From IMG/VR virus record IMGVR_UViG_3300020034_000005, positions 1 through 64,000 of that record: DNA of 64,000 nucleotides, one strand, 5' to 3'. Position numbers and translations under genes: made by a program. The first letter of the stretch is position 1. Each line of letters starts with the position of its first letter. This document shows, in pieces, positions 20,082-28,845 of the stretch. This DNA comes from a virus. The notes beneath the pieces are model-generated. The model had not been told where the DNA came from. It worked only from the letters and a program-made list of their open reading frames with translations, and searched no databases.

Positions 20082-20705
20082 ATGCCTACCGACCCCTACG
20101 GCCAGGGCATCGCTGTAACCGCCCTGACCGACGCCCCCGACGCCTCCGCCCTCGCCGCAGCCCTCGCAGGACTGTCCGGGCTCACCCCACGCACCGTCAT
20201 GCGGTTCGCGTCCGCATCCGCCCGCTCCGCCGCCCTCACCGGGGCCACCGCACCCGTCGCGGGGATGACGACCTGGCTGACCGCCGAGAAACGCCTCGAC
20301 TGCTACGACGGCAGCGCCTGGGTGTCCCAGGTCCCCGACCTCGTCACCTCGACCAGCGGCGCCACGGCCGCCTCGGGGTTCTCCCTCATCAGCTTCTCCG
20401 CCTACAAGGACGGCCGCTCCGTGCTGGTGAACCTGACGGTCGCCCGCACCGGGGCGGCGATCAACTCCGACGACCAGGGCAACATCGCCGACACCGACAT
20501 CGCGACCCTGCTTGCTGCCTGGCGGCCGCCCGAGCTGATTTTCGGAAGCGTCGGCGACGGCTTCGGCCAAGGCGAATGCTCCATCTCCACCGCCGGACTC
20601 ATCACTGTCCGCGCCTGGTCCAGCAACGGCCCCGGATCCAGCACCGTCGGCCTCATCGCGGGCCGCAACATCCGCCTGACGAAGTCTTTCATCCAGACCA
20701 CCTGA
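20082..20705 (+). CDS. Minor tail / receptor-binding fibre-like protein
   Basis: MRFASASARSAAL..GMTTWL..YDGSAW motif and LLAAWRPP C-terminal domain. Confidence 0.65.
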   Translation: MPTDPYGQGIAVTALTDAPDASALAAALAGLSGLTPRTVMRFASASARSAALTGATAPVAGMTTWLTAEKRLDCYDGSAWVSQVPDLVTSTSGATAASGFSLISFSAYKDGRSVLVNLTVARTGAAINSDDQGNIADTDIATLLAAWRPPELIFGSVGDGFGQGECSISTAGLITVRAWSSNGPGSSTVGLIAGRNIRLTKSFIQTT

Positions 20706-20765
20706 CCCAATCTGCACCCCACCACCCGCCCCTTGACCGGGGCTTTCTTCATGACTGGAGGCATC

Positions 20766-21719
20766 GTGGCCACACCCATGACGGCGGACGAGTTCGTCGC
20801 CGCTCTCCGCGCCGAGGGCCTGCACGTCGTAGAACACGCGGGGTGGCGCACCCACAACCGTGCTGGCCACGGGGCGTGGGGCGACATCCACGGCGCGGTC
20901 ATCCACCACACGGGAGGCTCAGGGCCCGGCGACGGGGACGTCGTCTATAACGGGCGCTCCGACCTGCCTGGCCCGTGCGCCCACAGCTATCTCGCCAAGA
21001 GCGGCACGGTCACGATGACCGGAAACGGGCGCGCGAACCACGCCGGCGGCGGCTCCCCGGCCGTGCTGTCCGCGGTCATCAACGAGTCCTACGACGGCGT
21101 TCCGCCCGCTACGCACTTCCACGACGGATCATCCGGCGCCGCCGACGGCAACGCCAGCTTCTACGGCCTGGAGGTCTCCAACCTCGGCACCAAGGCCGAC
21201 GCGTACCCGGCGGTGCAGTACGACGCCGCGGTCCGATGGGCTGCCGCGATCTGCCGCCACCACGCCTGGTCGGCGAAATCCACGATCGGCCACAAGGAAT
21301 GGTCCGACTGGAAGCCGGACCCCATCTACTCCATGACCCAGTTCCGGGCCGACGTCGCCGCCCGACTGGCCCACCCCGCGAGCTGGAACCCCGGCTCGAC
21401 CACCCCGCCCGAGGAGGACGACCCCATGGCCGGCATGACCCCCCGCCAGATCTACGACGCCGTGTGGCGCACCGACGTGATGACCCCGCCCGACGGCACT
21501 GCGACCGCCACGAACCCGACGTGGGCTGCCGAGTCCGTGCTGCGGGATGCGGCGAACCAGGCTCGCGCCTTGCGCGCCACCGTCCAGGCGCAGGGCGTCG
21601 CGATCACCCAGCTCGCCGCAGCCCTCGCCGCACACAACGGGTCCGTCGACGTCGACGCGCTGATCGAGCGCATCGAGACCGCCATCCAGGGCATCGACGT
21701 CCACCTCACCACCAGCTGA
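20766..21719 (+). CDS. Endolysin, N-acetylmuramoyl-L-alanine amidase
   Basis: VIHHT, ANHAG, YGLEV, IGHKEW..KPDP Amidase_2 Zn motifs. Confidence 0.9.
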   Translation: MATPMTADEFVAALRAEGLHVVEHAGWRTHNRAGHGAWGDIHGAVIHHTGGSGPGDGDVVYNGRSDLPGPCAHSYLAKSGTVTMTGNGRANHAGGGSPAVLSAVINESYDGVPPATHFHDGSSGAADGNASFYGLEVSNLGTKADAYPAVQYDAAVRWAAAICRHHAWSAKSTIGHKEWSDWKPDPIYSMTQFRADVAARLAHPASWNPGSTTPPEEDDPMAGMTPRQIYDAVWRTDVMTPPDGTATATNPTWAAESVLRDAANQARALRATVQAQGVAITQLAAALAAHNGSVDVDALIERIETAIQGIDVHLTTS

Positions 21720-21740
21720 CCACCAGAAACGGATCCCCTC

Positions 21741-22001
21741 ATGTCTGATGCCATCTCCCTCCCCGACTCGGGCACGATCGTGCGCAGCGCCGGCACCTAC
21801 GCCCGCGACCTCGCCGAGCGGGTCACCGCCACGTTCCTCCAGGCGTTCATCGGCGGCGTCGTCGTCACCCAGCCGTTCGACATCTCGATGTGGCAGGCGG
21901 CAGGCGTCGCCGGAATCGCCGCGGCGGCGTCCCTCGTCAAGGGCCTCATCGCCCGCTGGCGGGACGTCACCAACTCGGCGTCCCTCGCCAAGGGCATCTG
22001 A
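21741..22001 (+). CDS. Holin (r1t-like)
   Basis: AERVTATFLQAF motif, two hydrophobic segments, follows lysin. Confidence 0.85.
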   Translation: MSDAISLPDSGTIVRSAGTYARDLAERVTATFLQAFIGGVVVTQPFDISMWQAAGVAGIAAAASLVKGLIARWRDVTNSASLAKGI

Positions 22002-22032
22002 CCCTGCCCAACCTGCGCGACCGGGAGGGCCC

Positions 22033-22299
22033 ATGGACGCCGCCACGGTCACGGCGATAGCCGCACTCATCGGCTCGCTGCTGGCCGGAGGAGGCGCCGT
22101 CTACGGCCACCGGATAGCAGGACGGACCCAACGGGAGGGCGGAGTCATCGGCGGATACGACACTCTGACGGGCCGTCTTGAAGCGCGCCTAGAGAAGGCC
22201 GAAGCCAGCCAGACGGCGGCGGAGACGCGAGCGAAAGCAGCAGAGTCGGAGATCGTCCGTCTACAACGGATCGTCGTCCAGCTCGGAGGCACCCCATGA
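22033..22299 (+). CDS. Membrane protein with C-terminal coiled coil (lysis cassette)
   Basis: N-terminal TM segment plus coiled coil. Confidence 0.6.
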   Translation: MDAATVTAIAALIGSLLAGGGAVYGHRIAGRTQREGGVIGGYDTLTGRLEARLEKAEASQTAAETRAKAAESEIVRLQRIVVQLGGTP

Positions 22300-22979
22300 C
22301 GCGCACCGAGCGCCTCTTCGCCCGACGCCGCCACCTCCTGTGGATCGCCACCGCACTCCTCGCCCTCGCCGCAGCGGTCATCCTGACCTGGCAGCGCGTC
22401 GACACCGAAGCCACCCGCGGCGACCAGCTCGCCGCCGAAGCGAACCTCCGCGGCAACGCCGTGTCCACCCTCGCCGGGGACGTCCGCCAGCTCCGATCCC
22501 AGCTCCAGGCCAACGGGCAGACACCAGCCGCGCCCGACCCGGCGCGGGCCGTATCCAACCTGCCGGCGCGCGCCGAGGTGCCCGTACCGATACCCGGGCC
22601 GCCCGGCCCACCCGGGAAGGACGGGAAGTCCGGCCAGAACGGTGCCACCGGGAGCCCCGGCTCATCCGGCACGCCCGGAGCGAATGGGGTGTCGGGTACG
22701 GACGGGCAGTCGGGTGCCACCGGACCCCAGGGCGCACCCGGCCCGGCCGGTGCGCAGGGCGAGCAAGGACCGCCCGGCGCCGACGGCAAGGACGGTTCCG
22801 ACGGCGCGGACGGCCGCAGCGGTCAGACGTGCCCGGACGGGTACAGCCTCCAGGCCCCAGCATCGGACCCGGACGCCCTGGTGTGCCGCCGGGACGGGGC
22901 GCCGCAGCCGACCGCGCCCAGTGGTGGGCTGCTCGGTACGGGGCTGCTGTCGATGACCGCCGCGTACAGGAGGCTGTGA
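22296..22979 (+). CDS. Membrane-anchored collagen-like protein
   Basis: TM segment, about 26 G-X-Y triplets, CPDGY..C motif. Confidence 0.8.
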   Translation: MTRTERLFARRRHLLWIATALLALAAAVILTWQRVDTEATRGDQLAAEANLRGNAVSTLAGDVRQLRSQLQANGQTPAAPDPARAVSNLPARAEVPVPIPGPPGPPGKDGKSGQNGATGSPGSSGTPGANGVSGTDGQSGATGPQGAPGPAGAQGEQGPPGADGKDGSDGADGRSGQTCPDGYSLQAPASDPDALVCRRDGAPQPTAPSGGLLGTGLLSMTAAYRRL

Positions 22980-23149
22980 TGTCCGACCGTCCCCCACGCC
23001 AGCTGCCGCCCCGACCTGATCCGGGTGCCGCTGATACCGACACTCAGGTCGACATGGGGTGGGTCGAACCCCAACCCGAACCGCCATCACCTGAGGGCCT
23101 CGACCTGCAGGCCGTCATCGAAGCCGACGGCGTCGTCGAGACCCCGTGA
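22979..23149 (+). CDS. Small acidic/Pro-rich hypothetical protein
   Basis: TGATG coupling, AGGAGG RBS. Confidence 0.5.
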   Translation: MSDRPPRQLPPRPDPGAADTDTQVDMGWVEPQPEPPSPEGLDLQAVIEADGVVETP

Positions 23150-23159
23150 ACCTCACCTA

Positions 23160-23196
23160 GCCCCGCCCCTGCTTCGGCAGGCGGCGGGGGCTTTTC
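23160..23196 (+). terminator. Late-operon intrinsic terminator
   Basis: GC-rich stem with TTCG loop then CTTTT, between convergent genes. Confidence 0.75.
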
Positions 23197-23235
23197 GCTG
23201 CCCGGCGGCATAACGTTCCCTTGTGCGCCTGCGGG

Positions 23236-23865
23236 CTACCGCGCGAGCGCCTTCTTCAGCTTGGCCACCTCGGGGCCAGCGTCGCTTGGGGGCATCGTCC
23301 ACCTGTACGCGGTGCCGGCGCCGTCGACATAGATGAGGGTCCCGCCTCGCTGGGCGGTGGTCAGGTCGAACGCTGCCGACCCCCACTCGTAGGTGCCAGG
23401 CTGGATCGCCCCTCCGCCCAGGAACCCGTCCGGGGTGACGTTCGTGACGTTCCCGCTGAGGGTGTCGATGGCTTGCCCGTCCGGGGCCAGCCACTTCCAC
23501 CCGCCGCCGTCGATAGGTGCGGTCTCCGCGGCGGCCACCGGCTTGGTCGACTTCGCCTTGTACGCCACGACGGCAAAGATGCCGTTGGCGGGCTTCTCCC
23601 CGGTGCCGGCGGTGACGTACACGATCGACGTCGGTGTGATTTCGAGGACGCCGCCGCCGGGTCCTTCGATCGGGTTCGGTGCCCCGATGGTCTCGGCCGA
23701 GGTGCCCAACTTGTGGTCCTGGCTGGTGTCGCTGGCGCCGGCGGTTGGCGACGAGTCGACGGTCGGGCTGCTGGAGGCGGAGCGGGCCGCCTTGCCGTCA
23801 CTGCCGCAGGCGGAGAGCGGCAGGCAGGCGGTCAGTAGTAGTGCAGCGATCAGGCGAGTGCGCAT
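23236..23865 (-). CDS. Lipoprotein (DUF4352-like beta sandwich), moron
   Basis: Signal peptide MRTRLIAALLLTACLPLSA-C lipobox, Ser/Thr linker, IQPG..G..AFD motif. Confidence 0.75.
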   Translation of the reverse strand: MRTRLIAALLLTACLPLSACGSDGKAARSASSSPTVDSSPTAGASDTSQDHKLGTSAETIGAPNPIEGPGGGVLEITPTSIVYVTAGTGEKPANGIFAVVAYKAKSTKPVAAAETAPIDGGGWKWLAPDGQAIDTLSGNVTNVTPDGFLGGGAIQPGTYEWGSAAFDLTTAQRGGTLIYVDGAGTAYRWTMPPSDAGPEVAKLKKALAR

Positions 23866-24001
23866 TCGAACCCCCGAGGCGTGATGTGGTGACGCCCATA
23901 GCTTCGGCCGGGAAGAACGCCTGGCCGTGTTGCCGCCTCGCGACACGCGGGGAGGACGTCAACAGGGGACGGCTGGACGGGCGTTCGAAGCCATCCACTC
24001 T

Positions 24002-24040
24002 CGATAACATGCCATATCACGGGCGAAAAAACGGTACAAT
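24002..24040 (+). promoter_or_regulatory. Candidate recombinase core site (CGATAA-N6-ATATCA) next to a leaderless promoter (-10 TACAAT)
   Basis: Imperfect dyad; TACAAT 5 nt before ATG 24046. Confidence 0.45.
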
Positions 24041-24045
24041 TAGCC

Positions 24046-24507
24046 ATGCCTCAAAGCCCTGCTGTCGAGCCAACCACGCCCCGAACCGAAGCCATTGCCG
24101 CCGCCGACTGGTGGGCTCAGCAACTTGAGCAAGAGCCCGTCCATGGAATCGGCTCCCCGGAACAGACGGACTTCGCGAACGCCGCCACTACCGTCGGTCG
24201 GATCCCAAAGACGCCCGAGCAGATCGAAGCCTTCCGCGTTGCACTCGCGGAAGTGATCGAACGGAAGCTGAGCGACCGCCCGGAGGACTGGCGACCTGAC
24301 AATCCATCGTGGGGAAGCTACTCCCGCACCATCGCGGGTGACTACCGTCCCGCCGAGGAGTTGGAGACGGCCGCCGAGGAAGCGGGCTTCAAGCTGAAGA
24401 TGTTTGACATGCCTATGAAGACGGTCATGTGGGTCAACCCCGGGGTCGTCAAGGTGGCAGTCGGGCATGGCGGCATCACCGAAGTCGTATGGCAGGTGAG
24501 TCGGTGA
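24046..24507 (+). CDS. Hypothetical protein
   Basis: AADWWA..DYRP..MPMKTVMW pattern; coupled to downstream genes. Confidence 0.65.
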   Translation: MPQSPAVEPTTPRTEAIAAADWWAQQLEQEPVHGIGSPEQTDFANAATTVGRIPKTPEQIEAFRVALAEVIERKLSDRPEDWRPDNPSWGSYSRTIAGDYRPAEELETAAEEAGFKLKMFDMPMKTVMWVNPGVVKVAVGHGGITEVVWQVSR

Positions 24508-24731
24508 TGTTCAAGACTGAGGAGACCCGGCGCGTCCGCCTCAAGGGCGGCACCCGCGTTCACGATGTACCCATCCCGCACGCGCAGCCGATGATGGCCA
24601 CGGCCTGCGGCAAGCGCATCCTCTTGGAGGACATGCGCGGACGTGCCGTCGACCGGCCGTTGTCCGGGACGGACGACATCGCCGTCACCTGCCGCGCCTG
24701 CCTGCGGGCCACTGCAAAGGCGGAAGCGTGA
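24507..24731 (+). CDS. Small Zn-binding hypothetical protein
   Basis: H..TACG..VTCRAC; TGATG and GTGA coupling. Confidence 0.55.
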   Translation: MFKTEETRRVRLKGGTRVHDVPIPHAQPMMATACGKRILLEDMRGRAVDRPLSGTDDIAVTCRACLRATAKAEA

Positions 24732-25744
24732 CCAGCCTCGTCCCGCGCCAGCCGGACGCGACCCCCGCCGTCTACGACGCTGCGACGCTCGCCGTCCTCG
24801 CCGCCATCGAGAAGGCTGCTGACGAACATCTCGACAGGATCATCCCCAACAACACCAGACGCGGATACGAGAACGACTGGAACCTCTGGAAGAAGTTCCA
24901 CGCCTGGCTCGCCGAACGCACCGCCCACGAACTGCCGTTGACCGCCGTCACCAAAGGCACGCTCGTCGGATTCGTCGTCTGGCTCGACACCGTCGAACTC
25001 GCCGCACCCAGCAGCATCGACCGCAGGATCACCGGAGTCACCGTCACCGCGCGCGGACTCGGAGTCGAAGTCCCCAAGGAAGCCACCGTCGCCGCACGCA
25101 AAGCCCTCAAGCCACTGAAGGCCGACGAAGACCGCATCGCACGCGGACGAGGTGCCGCGAAAGCCGCCACCCCCGACCAACTCCGACAAATGGCCGCCGC
25201 CATACCCGACAACCTCACCGGCATCCGCGACCGCGCCCTCTGGCTCATGGCGTTCTTCATCGCAGGCCGCTCCGCCGAAGTCGCCGCCCTCCGCACCGAC
25301 GGCATCAACCTCCACAGCGAAGGCCTCAAAGTCCGCGTCCCCGGCGTCAAAGGCAGACCCGCCCGCGAAGTCGTCGTCATGTACGGCAAAAACCCCGACA
25401 CCTGCCCCGTCCGCGCCTGGTCCACCTGGCAAGCCGCCAGCGGCATCACCACCGGAGCCGCCTTCCGCGCCATCGACACCTGGGGCAACATCGCCGACCG
25501 GCACCTCACCGCCGAATCCATCCGCGACATCATCGCCCGCAACGCCGAACGCGCAGGCGTAGCCGTCCGCCTGACCGGCCACAGCATGCGCGCCGGATTC
25601 ATCACCACGTCACGGCGGGCAGGGAAGCGCGAGGAGAAGATCCGCGAACAGTCCGGTCACGCTCAGAACTCGCCAGCGTTCTGGGGGTACATTCGCGAAG
25701 CCGACAAATGGACCGACGCCGCCAGCGACGACATCGGGCTGTGA
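24728..25744 (+). CDS. Cre-like tyrosine recombinase (no arm-binding domain)
   Basis: RDRAL..GRSAEV, K, GHSMRAGF, SGH, WGY catalytic residues. Confidence 0.9.
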   Translation: MTSLVPRQPDATPAVYDAATLAVLAAIEKAADEHLDRIIPNNTRRGYENDWNLWKKFHAWLAERTAHELPLTAVTKGTLVGFVVWLDTVELAAPSSIDRRITGVTVTARGLGVEVPKEATVAARKALKPLKADEDRIARGRGAAKAATPDQLRQMAAAIPDNLTGIRDRALWLMAFFIAGRSAEVAALRTDGINLHSEGLKVRVPGVKGRPAREVVVMYGKNPDTCPVRAWSTWQAASGITTGAAFRAIDTWGNIADRHLTAESIRDIIARNAERAGVAVRLTGHSMRAGFITTSRRAGKREEKIREQSGHAQNSPAFWGYIREADKWTDAASDDIGL

Positions 25745-25745
25745 A

Positions 25746-26231
25746 TCACTTCTTCGTGTGAAGCAACTGGTCGAGGCCGCTCCACGCTCCGCAGCACAAC
25801 TCCCCAGACCCCTTCGTCACAACCGGACGGAGCTCGTCTACCCCTTGCTGCCTGGCGGTGGCGCGCACCTCATGCGCATCGAACATCCACTTGGCCGCGT
25901 GCTGTCCCTCCAGGGTCATCGGGAGCGCGGCAGACCCGGGCAGTGGGTGCAGGGCGACAATCTTCATGCCAGTCCGCGTAGCGAAGAAGGCTTGCGTGAT
26001 CTGGCACGCCCCCCGGCCTTTATTGCGGGCCTCGATGAAGACCAGGATCTGCGGCGGGGCTCCGCCACCGAAGGCGGCGCCAGGGGACGCCGACACCTTC
26101 GGCCTCGATCCGCTCCACTTCCAGATCATGGTCTGCCACGCAAACGAGACCAGGGTGGCCGCCAGCGCGGATGCCGCCACAGCAACACCCACCACTGCTG
26201 TCCAGGGGATGTCCGAGGCCACGGCCGTCAC
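25746..26231 (-). CDS. Membrane-anchored hypothetical protein
   Basis: N-terminal TM helix then ARNKGR beta domain. Confidence 0.6.
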   Translation of the reverse strand: MTAVASDIPWTAVVGVAVAASALAATLVSFAWQTMIWKWSGSRPKVSASPGAAFGGGAPPQILVFIEARNKGRGACQITQAFFATRTGMKIVALHPLPGSAALPMTLEGQHAAKWMFDAHEVRATARQQGVDELRPVVTKGSGELCCGAWSGLDQLLHTKK

Positions 26232-26282
26232 CTACTTACTTGCGCCGCATGTACATACCTCCAGGGTGCGCCTCTCACTCGT

Positions 26283-26639
26283 TCAGGGCATCCCGAGCTC
26301 AGCCTCCGGCGTGCACACGTCGCACGCTTCGATGACCGCGCCGGCGAGCCCCTCCCGCGCGCTGTCGGCGTCGATGGCGAGCGTCCCGATCCCGTCGTCG
26401 CGTACCCAGCAGTCGGGCCCGTGGAGGATGGGCGGCCGGCCGTGGCGGGTCTGGGTGACGTAAGGCGGCCGGGGCAGCGGGGCGCGCGTTGGTTCCGGCG
26501 GGGGCTTGGGTTTCTGCTGGTCGGCAAGTTGCTGTTCGGCTTGGGCGATCCACCGGTCGGTGCGGGCGAGGTCATCAACCTGGACGCGGCGCAGGAGACG
26601 GAGCGCGGTGAGTCGCTCCTCGGCGGATGGTTCGATCAT
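26283..26639 (-). CDS. DUF6233-like Zn-binding protein, LexA box at start
   Basis: HGPDCW..ACDVCTPE motif; leaderless start 7 nt after TAGACT. Confidence 0.65.
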   Translation of the reverse strand: MIEPSAEERLTALRLLRRVQVDDLARTDRWIAQAEQQLADQQKPKPPPEPTRAPLPRPPYVTQTRHGRPPILHGPDCWVRDDGIGTLAIDADSAREGLAGAVIEACDVCTPEAELGMP

Positions 26640-26647
26640 GTGTTCGA
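26632..26647 (-). promoter_or_regulatory. Actinobacterial LexA (SOS) box
   Basis: TCGAAC-ACAT-GATCGA versus consensus TCGAAC-N4-GTTCGA; overlaps -10 end and start codon. Confidence 0.7.
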
Positions 26648-26733
26648 GTCTACGGTCACGGCGATCCACCACCATCCGAGCCCGCACACCCCCGCCCGCC
26701 TGCCACACTGGCCGGACACCCCAGGAGGACGCC

Positions 26734-26973
26734 GTGCCGTACCGCCCGTACCCCAACGCCGACCGTGCGCTCCGGCAGATCGACCGCCACTACCCGCCGC
26801 AGCCGGTGCAGGTCTCCGAGGCCACGCTCAAGCTGGCCGAGCAGGCGAACCTCGCACTCGCGAGGGCGGCTGAGGTCGTGCGGCCGATAGCGGAGGCCGC
26901 CGCGCGCATGATGGTCGCGCCGCCTCGGATCCAGTTCGGCGACGCGCTGGCCAAGATTCGCCGCACCGCCTGA
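26734..26973 (+). CDS. Hypothetical protein
   Basis: AGGAGG RBS, VPYRPYPNADRALRQ start. Confidence 0.55.
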   Translation: MPYRPYPNADRALRQIDRHYPPQPVQVSEATLKLAEQANLALARAAEVVRPIAEAAARMMVAPPRIQFGDALAKIRRTA

Positions 26974-27117
26974 CCCGCCGCACCGCCGTTGTCGTCCCCG
27001 CCTCTACTCTGGAGGCATCAACAACCCCTAGCCAGAGTGGGGGTTGCTCGCTGGCTGCGAGGTCGCCCCGTCACCGGTTCAGCGCCCGGGGGCGGGGCGC
27101 TCAGGCATCATGGGCGC

Positions 27118-27348
27118 ATGCCGCCGTTCCTCTGGTTCATCCTGCCCGCCGAGCTGATCTACTGCGCTGCGTGCGTCTATTTCGGTGCGCGGTATGGTGC
27201 GCCGCTCTGGTTGCGATGGCCGCACCTTCTGTGGGCTCGCATGCTGGGCACCGTCCCGCCTGAGGTTGGTCGCGTGCGGCCCGACTACCCGAAGATCCGG
27301 CGGCTTGAGCGGGAGCTCGGCATCAGCGATGAACGCCCGGCGCTGTGA
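27118..27348 (+). CDS. Small membrane protein
   Basis: Hydrophobic N-terminus, RPDYPKIRRLERELG C-terminus. Confidence 0.5.
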   Translation: MPPFLWFILPAELIYCAACVYFGARYGAPLWLRWPHLLWARMLGTVPPEVGRVRPDYPKIRRLERELGISDERPAL

Positions 27349-27525
27349 CCACCGTTCCGGCATCATGAACCCATGACGACACAGACCCTTCGCGGAGCCC
27401 GCCAGCGTGTCCCGCTGACCGAGATCGATGTCCGTGGCGCTGTCGCGGCCCGGCAGCTCGGCCGGATCCTCCCCGCGTCCACGGGCCGTTCTCTGCGGGT
27501 GTCGACGTTCAACTCGGCGCTGTAG

Positions 27526-27750
27526 ATGGACCGGTACGAATTCTGGGAGCGCGCGCACCGGCTCAAGGCAGCCGCCCACCGTGCTGCCGCCGCGCGTGAG
27601 GACATGGCGGCTGAAATGGTCAAGGCGACGAAGCCCATGCGGAACTTCGCTGCGATCATGCAGGGAGGTTTCGACCGTGATCTCGGCATGCACCCCGACC
27701 TGGCCGAACTGAACGTCCAGCTCGACGGCTACTACGGTGGGCGGCCGTAG
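27526..27750 (+). CDS. Hypothetical protein
   Basis: ORF with plausible codon usage. Confidence 0.4.
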   Translation: MDRYEFWERAHRLKAAAHRAAAAREDMAAEMVKATKPMRNFAAIMQGGFDRDLGMHPDLAELNVQLDGYYGGRP

Positions 27751-27751
27751 C

Positions 27752-27943
27752 TCACGTCTCCCGCGCCGCTTTCTTCGCCGCCATCTCCAGCTCGGTGTTC
27801 CCAGCGCTCCGTAGGAACGCCTCGGCCGCCTCCAGCCACGGCGCCCAACCCTCCCGCGAGTACGGCTCGGACAGGGCTTTCACCCGCGCCGCCTCGGCCT
27901 CGCGCGCCAGCTTCATCACATGATCAGGGATCTCAATAGTCAC
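27752..27943 (-). CDS. Hypothetical protein
   Basis: ORF, ELEMAAKKAAR C-terminus. Confidence 0.5.
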   Translation of the reverse strand: MTIEIPDHVMKLAREAEAARVKALSEPYSREGWAPWLEAAEAFLRSAGNTELEMAAKKAARET

Positions 27944-27984
27944 AGCCGGGGATCATAAACGGGGGCACTGACACCGGGGCAGAG

Positions 27985-28065
27985 GCTCAGGCGACGGGCC
28001 CGTTGGCGGCCTTCTTCAGCAGCCTGAGCTGCTCGCGCGTCCATCCGGTGATGCGCGCGACGTCA
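27985..28065 (-). pseudogene. C-terminal remnant of a small HTH gene
   Basis: Reads DVARITGWTREQLRLLKKAANGPVA* with no start; begins at the endonuclease stop. Confidence 0.5.
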
Positions 28066-28542
28066 GGCAACGAGCTGCAGGTGTGGGCCGTGCCGTCGCC
28101 ACAGGGCCGCCCAAGTTGTTTTCGCCAGAGTGCGATCATGCGCGTTGAATCGCACCCACCTCTCGCCCTGTCGGCGCCAGACCCTACCTTGACGCGTCCG
28201 AACCTCGACCCCCTCGGAAGGTTCGGGCATGCGATCCCAGGTTGGGCCGTGGCCGCAGAGCATTACCTTGTACCAGGGTTCGGACAGGTAGCGCTTCACG
28301 GCCCCCTGTTCCAGAACGTGGACGTGCGAGTCGAGCATCGTGTTGCAGCGAGAGCACAGCAGTCCGCGAACCGCCCAGTCGCCGGCTGTCGCGTCGTGGT
28401 CAATCACGAGAAATCCGTGCGGTGTCTCGGTGCCCGGGGTGCCGCAGATTTCGCAGCACCGTTGTGCACGCACTTGTAGAGCCTCGTAGTCGGCGCAGCT
28501 GAGCTGGTACTTCTTGTGTTGGCAGCGGGCGTGACGGTTCAC
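28063..28542 (-). CDS. Endonuclease VII-like domain protein
   Basis: CEICG..VIDHD..VRGLLCSRCNTML motif. Confidence 0.8.
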   Translation of the reverse strand: MNRHARCQHKKYQLSCADYEALQVRAQRCCEICGTPGTETPHGFLVIDHDATAGDWAVRGLLCSRCNTMLDSHVHVLEQGAVKRYLSEPWYKVMLCGHGPTWDRMPEPSEGVEVRTRQGRVWRRQGERWVRFNAHDRTLAKTTWAALWRRHGPHLQLVA

Positions 28543-28733
28543 CGGTCCGCTTCTCCGCTGGCCTCCATCTCGGGTCGATGAGGCAGCTTCGCGCCGGGGC
28601 GTCGCAGGTACCAGGCGACGAGTTCCTTGATGGCCGCCGACCGGTCGCCGCCGGGTGCACGCTCGGCCAGCTCCTTCCAGTCCTCGTCGGAGATCCGGAC
28701 GGATCGGTGCTGAGTGCGCGGGGCGTTTGGCAT
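28539..28733 (-). CDS. Ribbon-helix-helix (CopG/Arc-like) regulator
   Basis: RSVRISDEDW..DRSAAIKELVAWY. Confidence 0.75.
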   Translation of the reverse strand: MPNAPRTQHRSVRISDEDWKELAERAPGGDRSAAIKELVAWYLRRPGAKLPHRPEMEASGEADR

Positions 28734-28749
28734 GCGTCGATGCTAACCG

Positions 28750-28821
28750 GGTGTACGTACAAAAAGCTAGCCCAAAGGGGTTGTGGTGTACGTACGCCCC
28801 GGGTTACGGTGTACGTACACC
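28750..28821. promoter_or_regulatory. Three GGTGTACGTAC operator repeats in a divergent promoter
   Basis: Copies at 28750, 28785 and 28808; the last is a perfect 14-bp palindrome GGTGTACGTACACC. Confidence 0.75.
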
Positions 28822-28845
28822 AAGCGGCGAGCAGGGGAGACGGAA

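Noticed and set aside
23973-23988. Third LexA-like box (TCGAAC-GCCC-GTCCAG on minus strand)
   Set aside because: Second half-site has three mismatches; too weak to call
19317-25744. Tail-fibre shufflon or diversity-generating retroelement driven by the second recombinase
   Set aside because: No inverted repeats around tail genes, no alternative fibre C-termini, no reverse transcriptase or template/variable repeat pair seen
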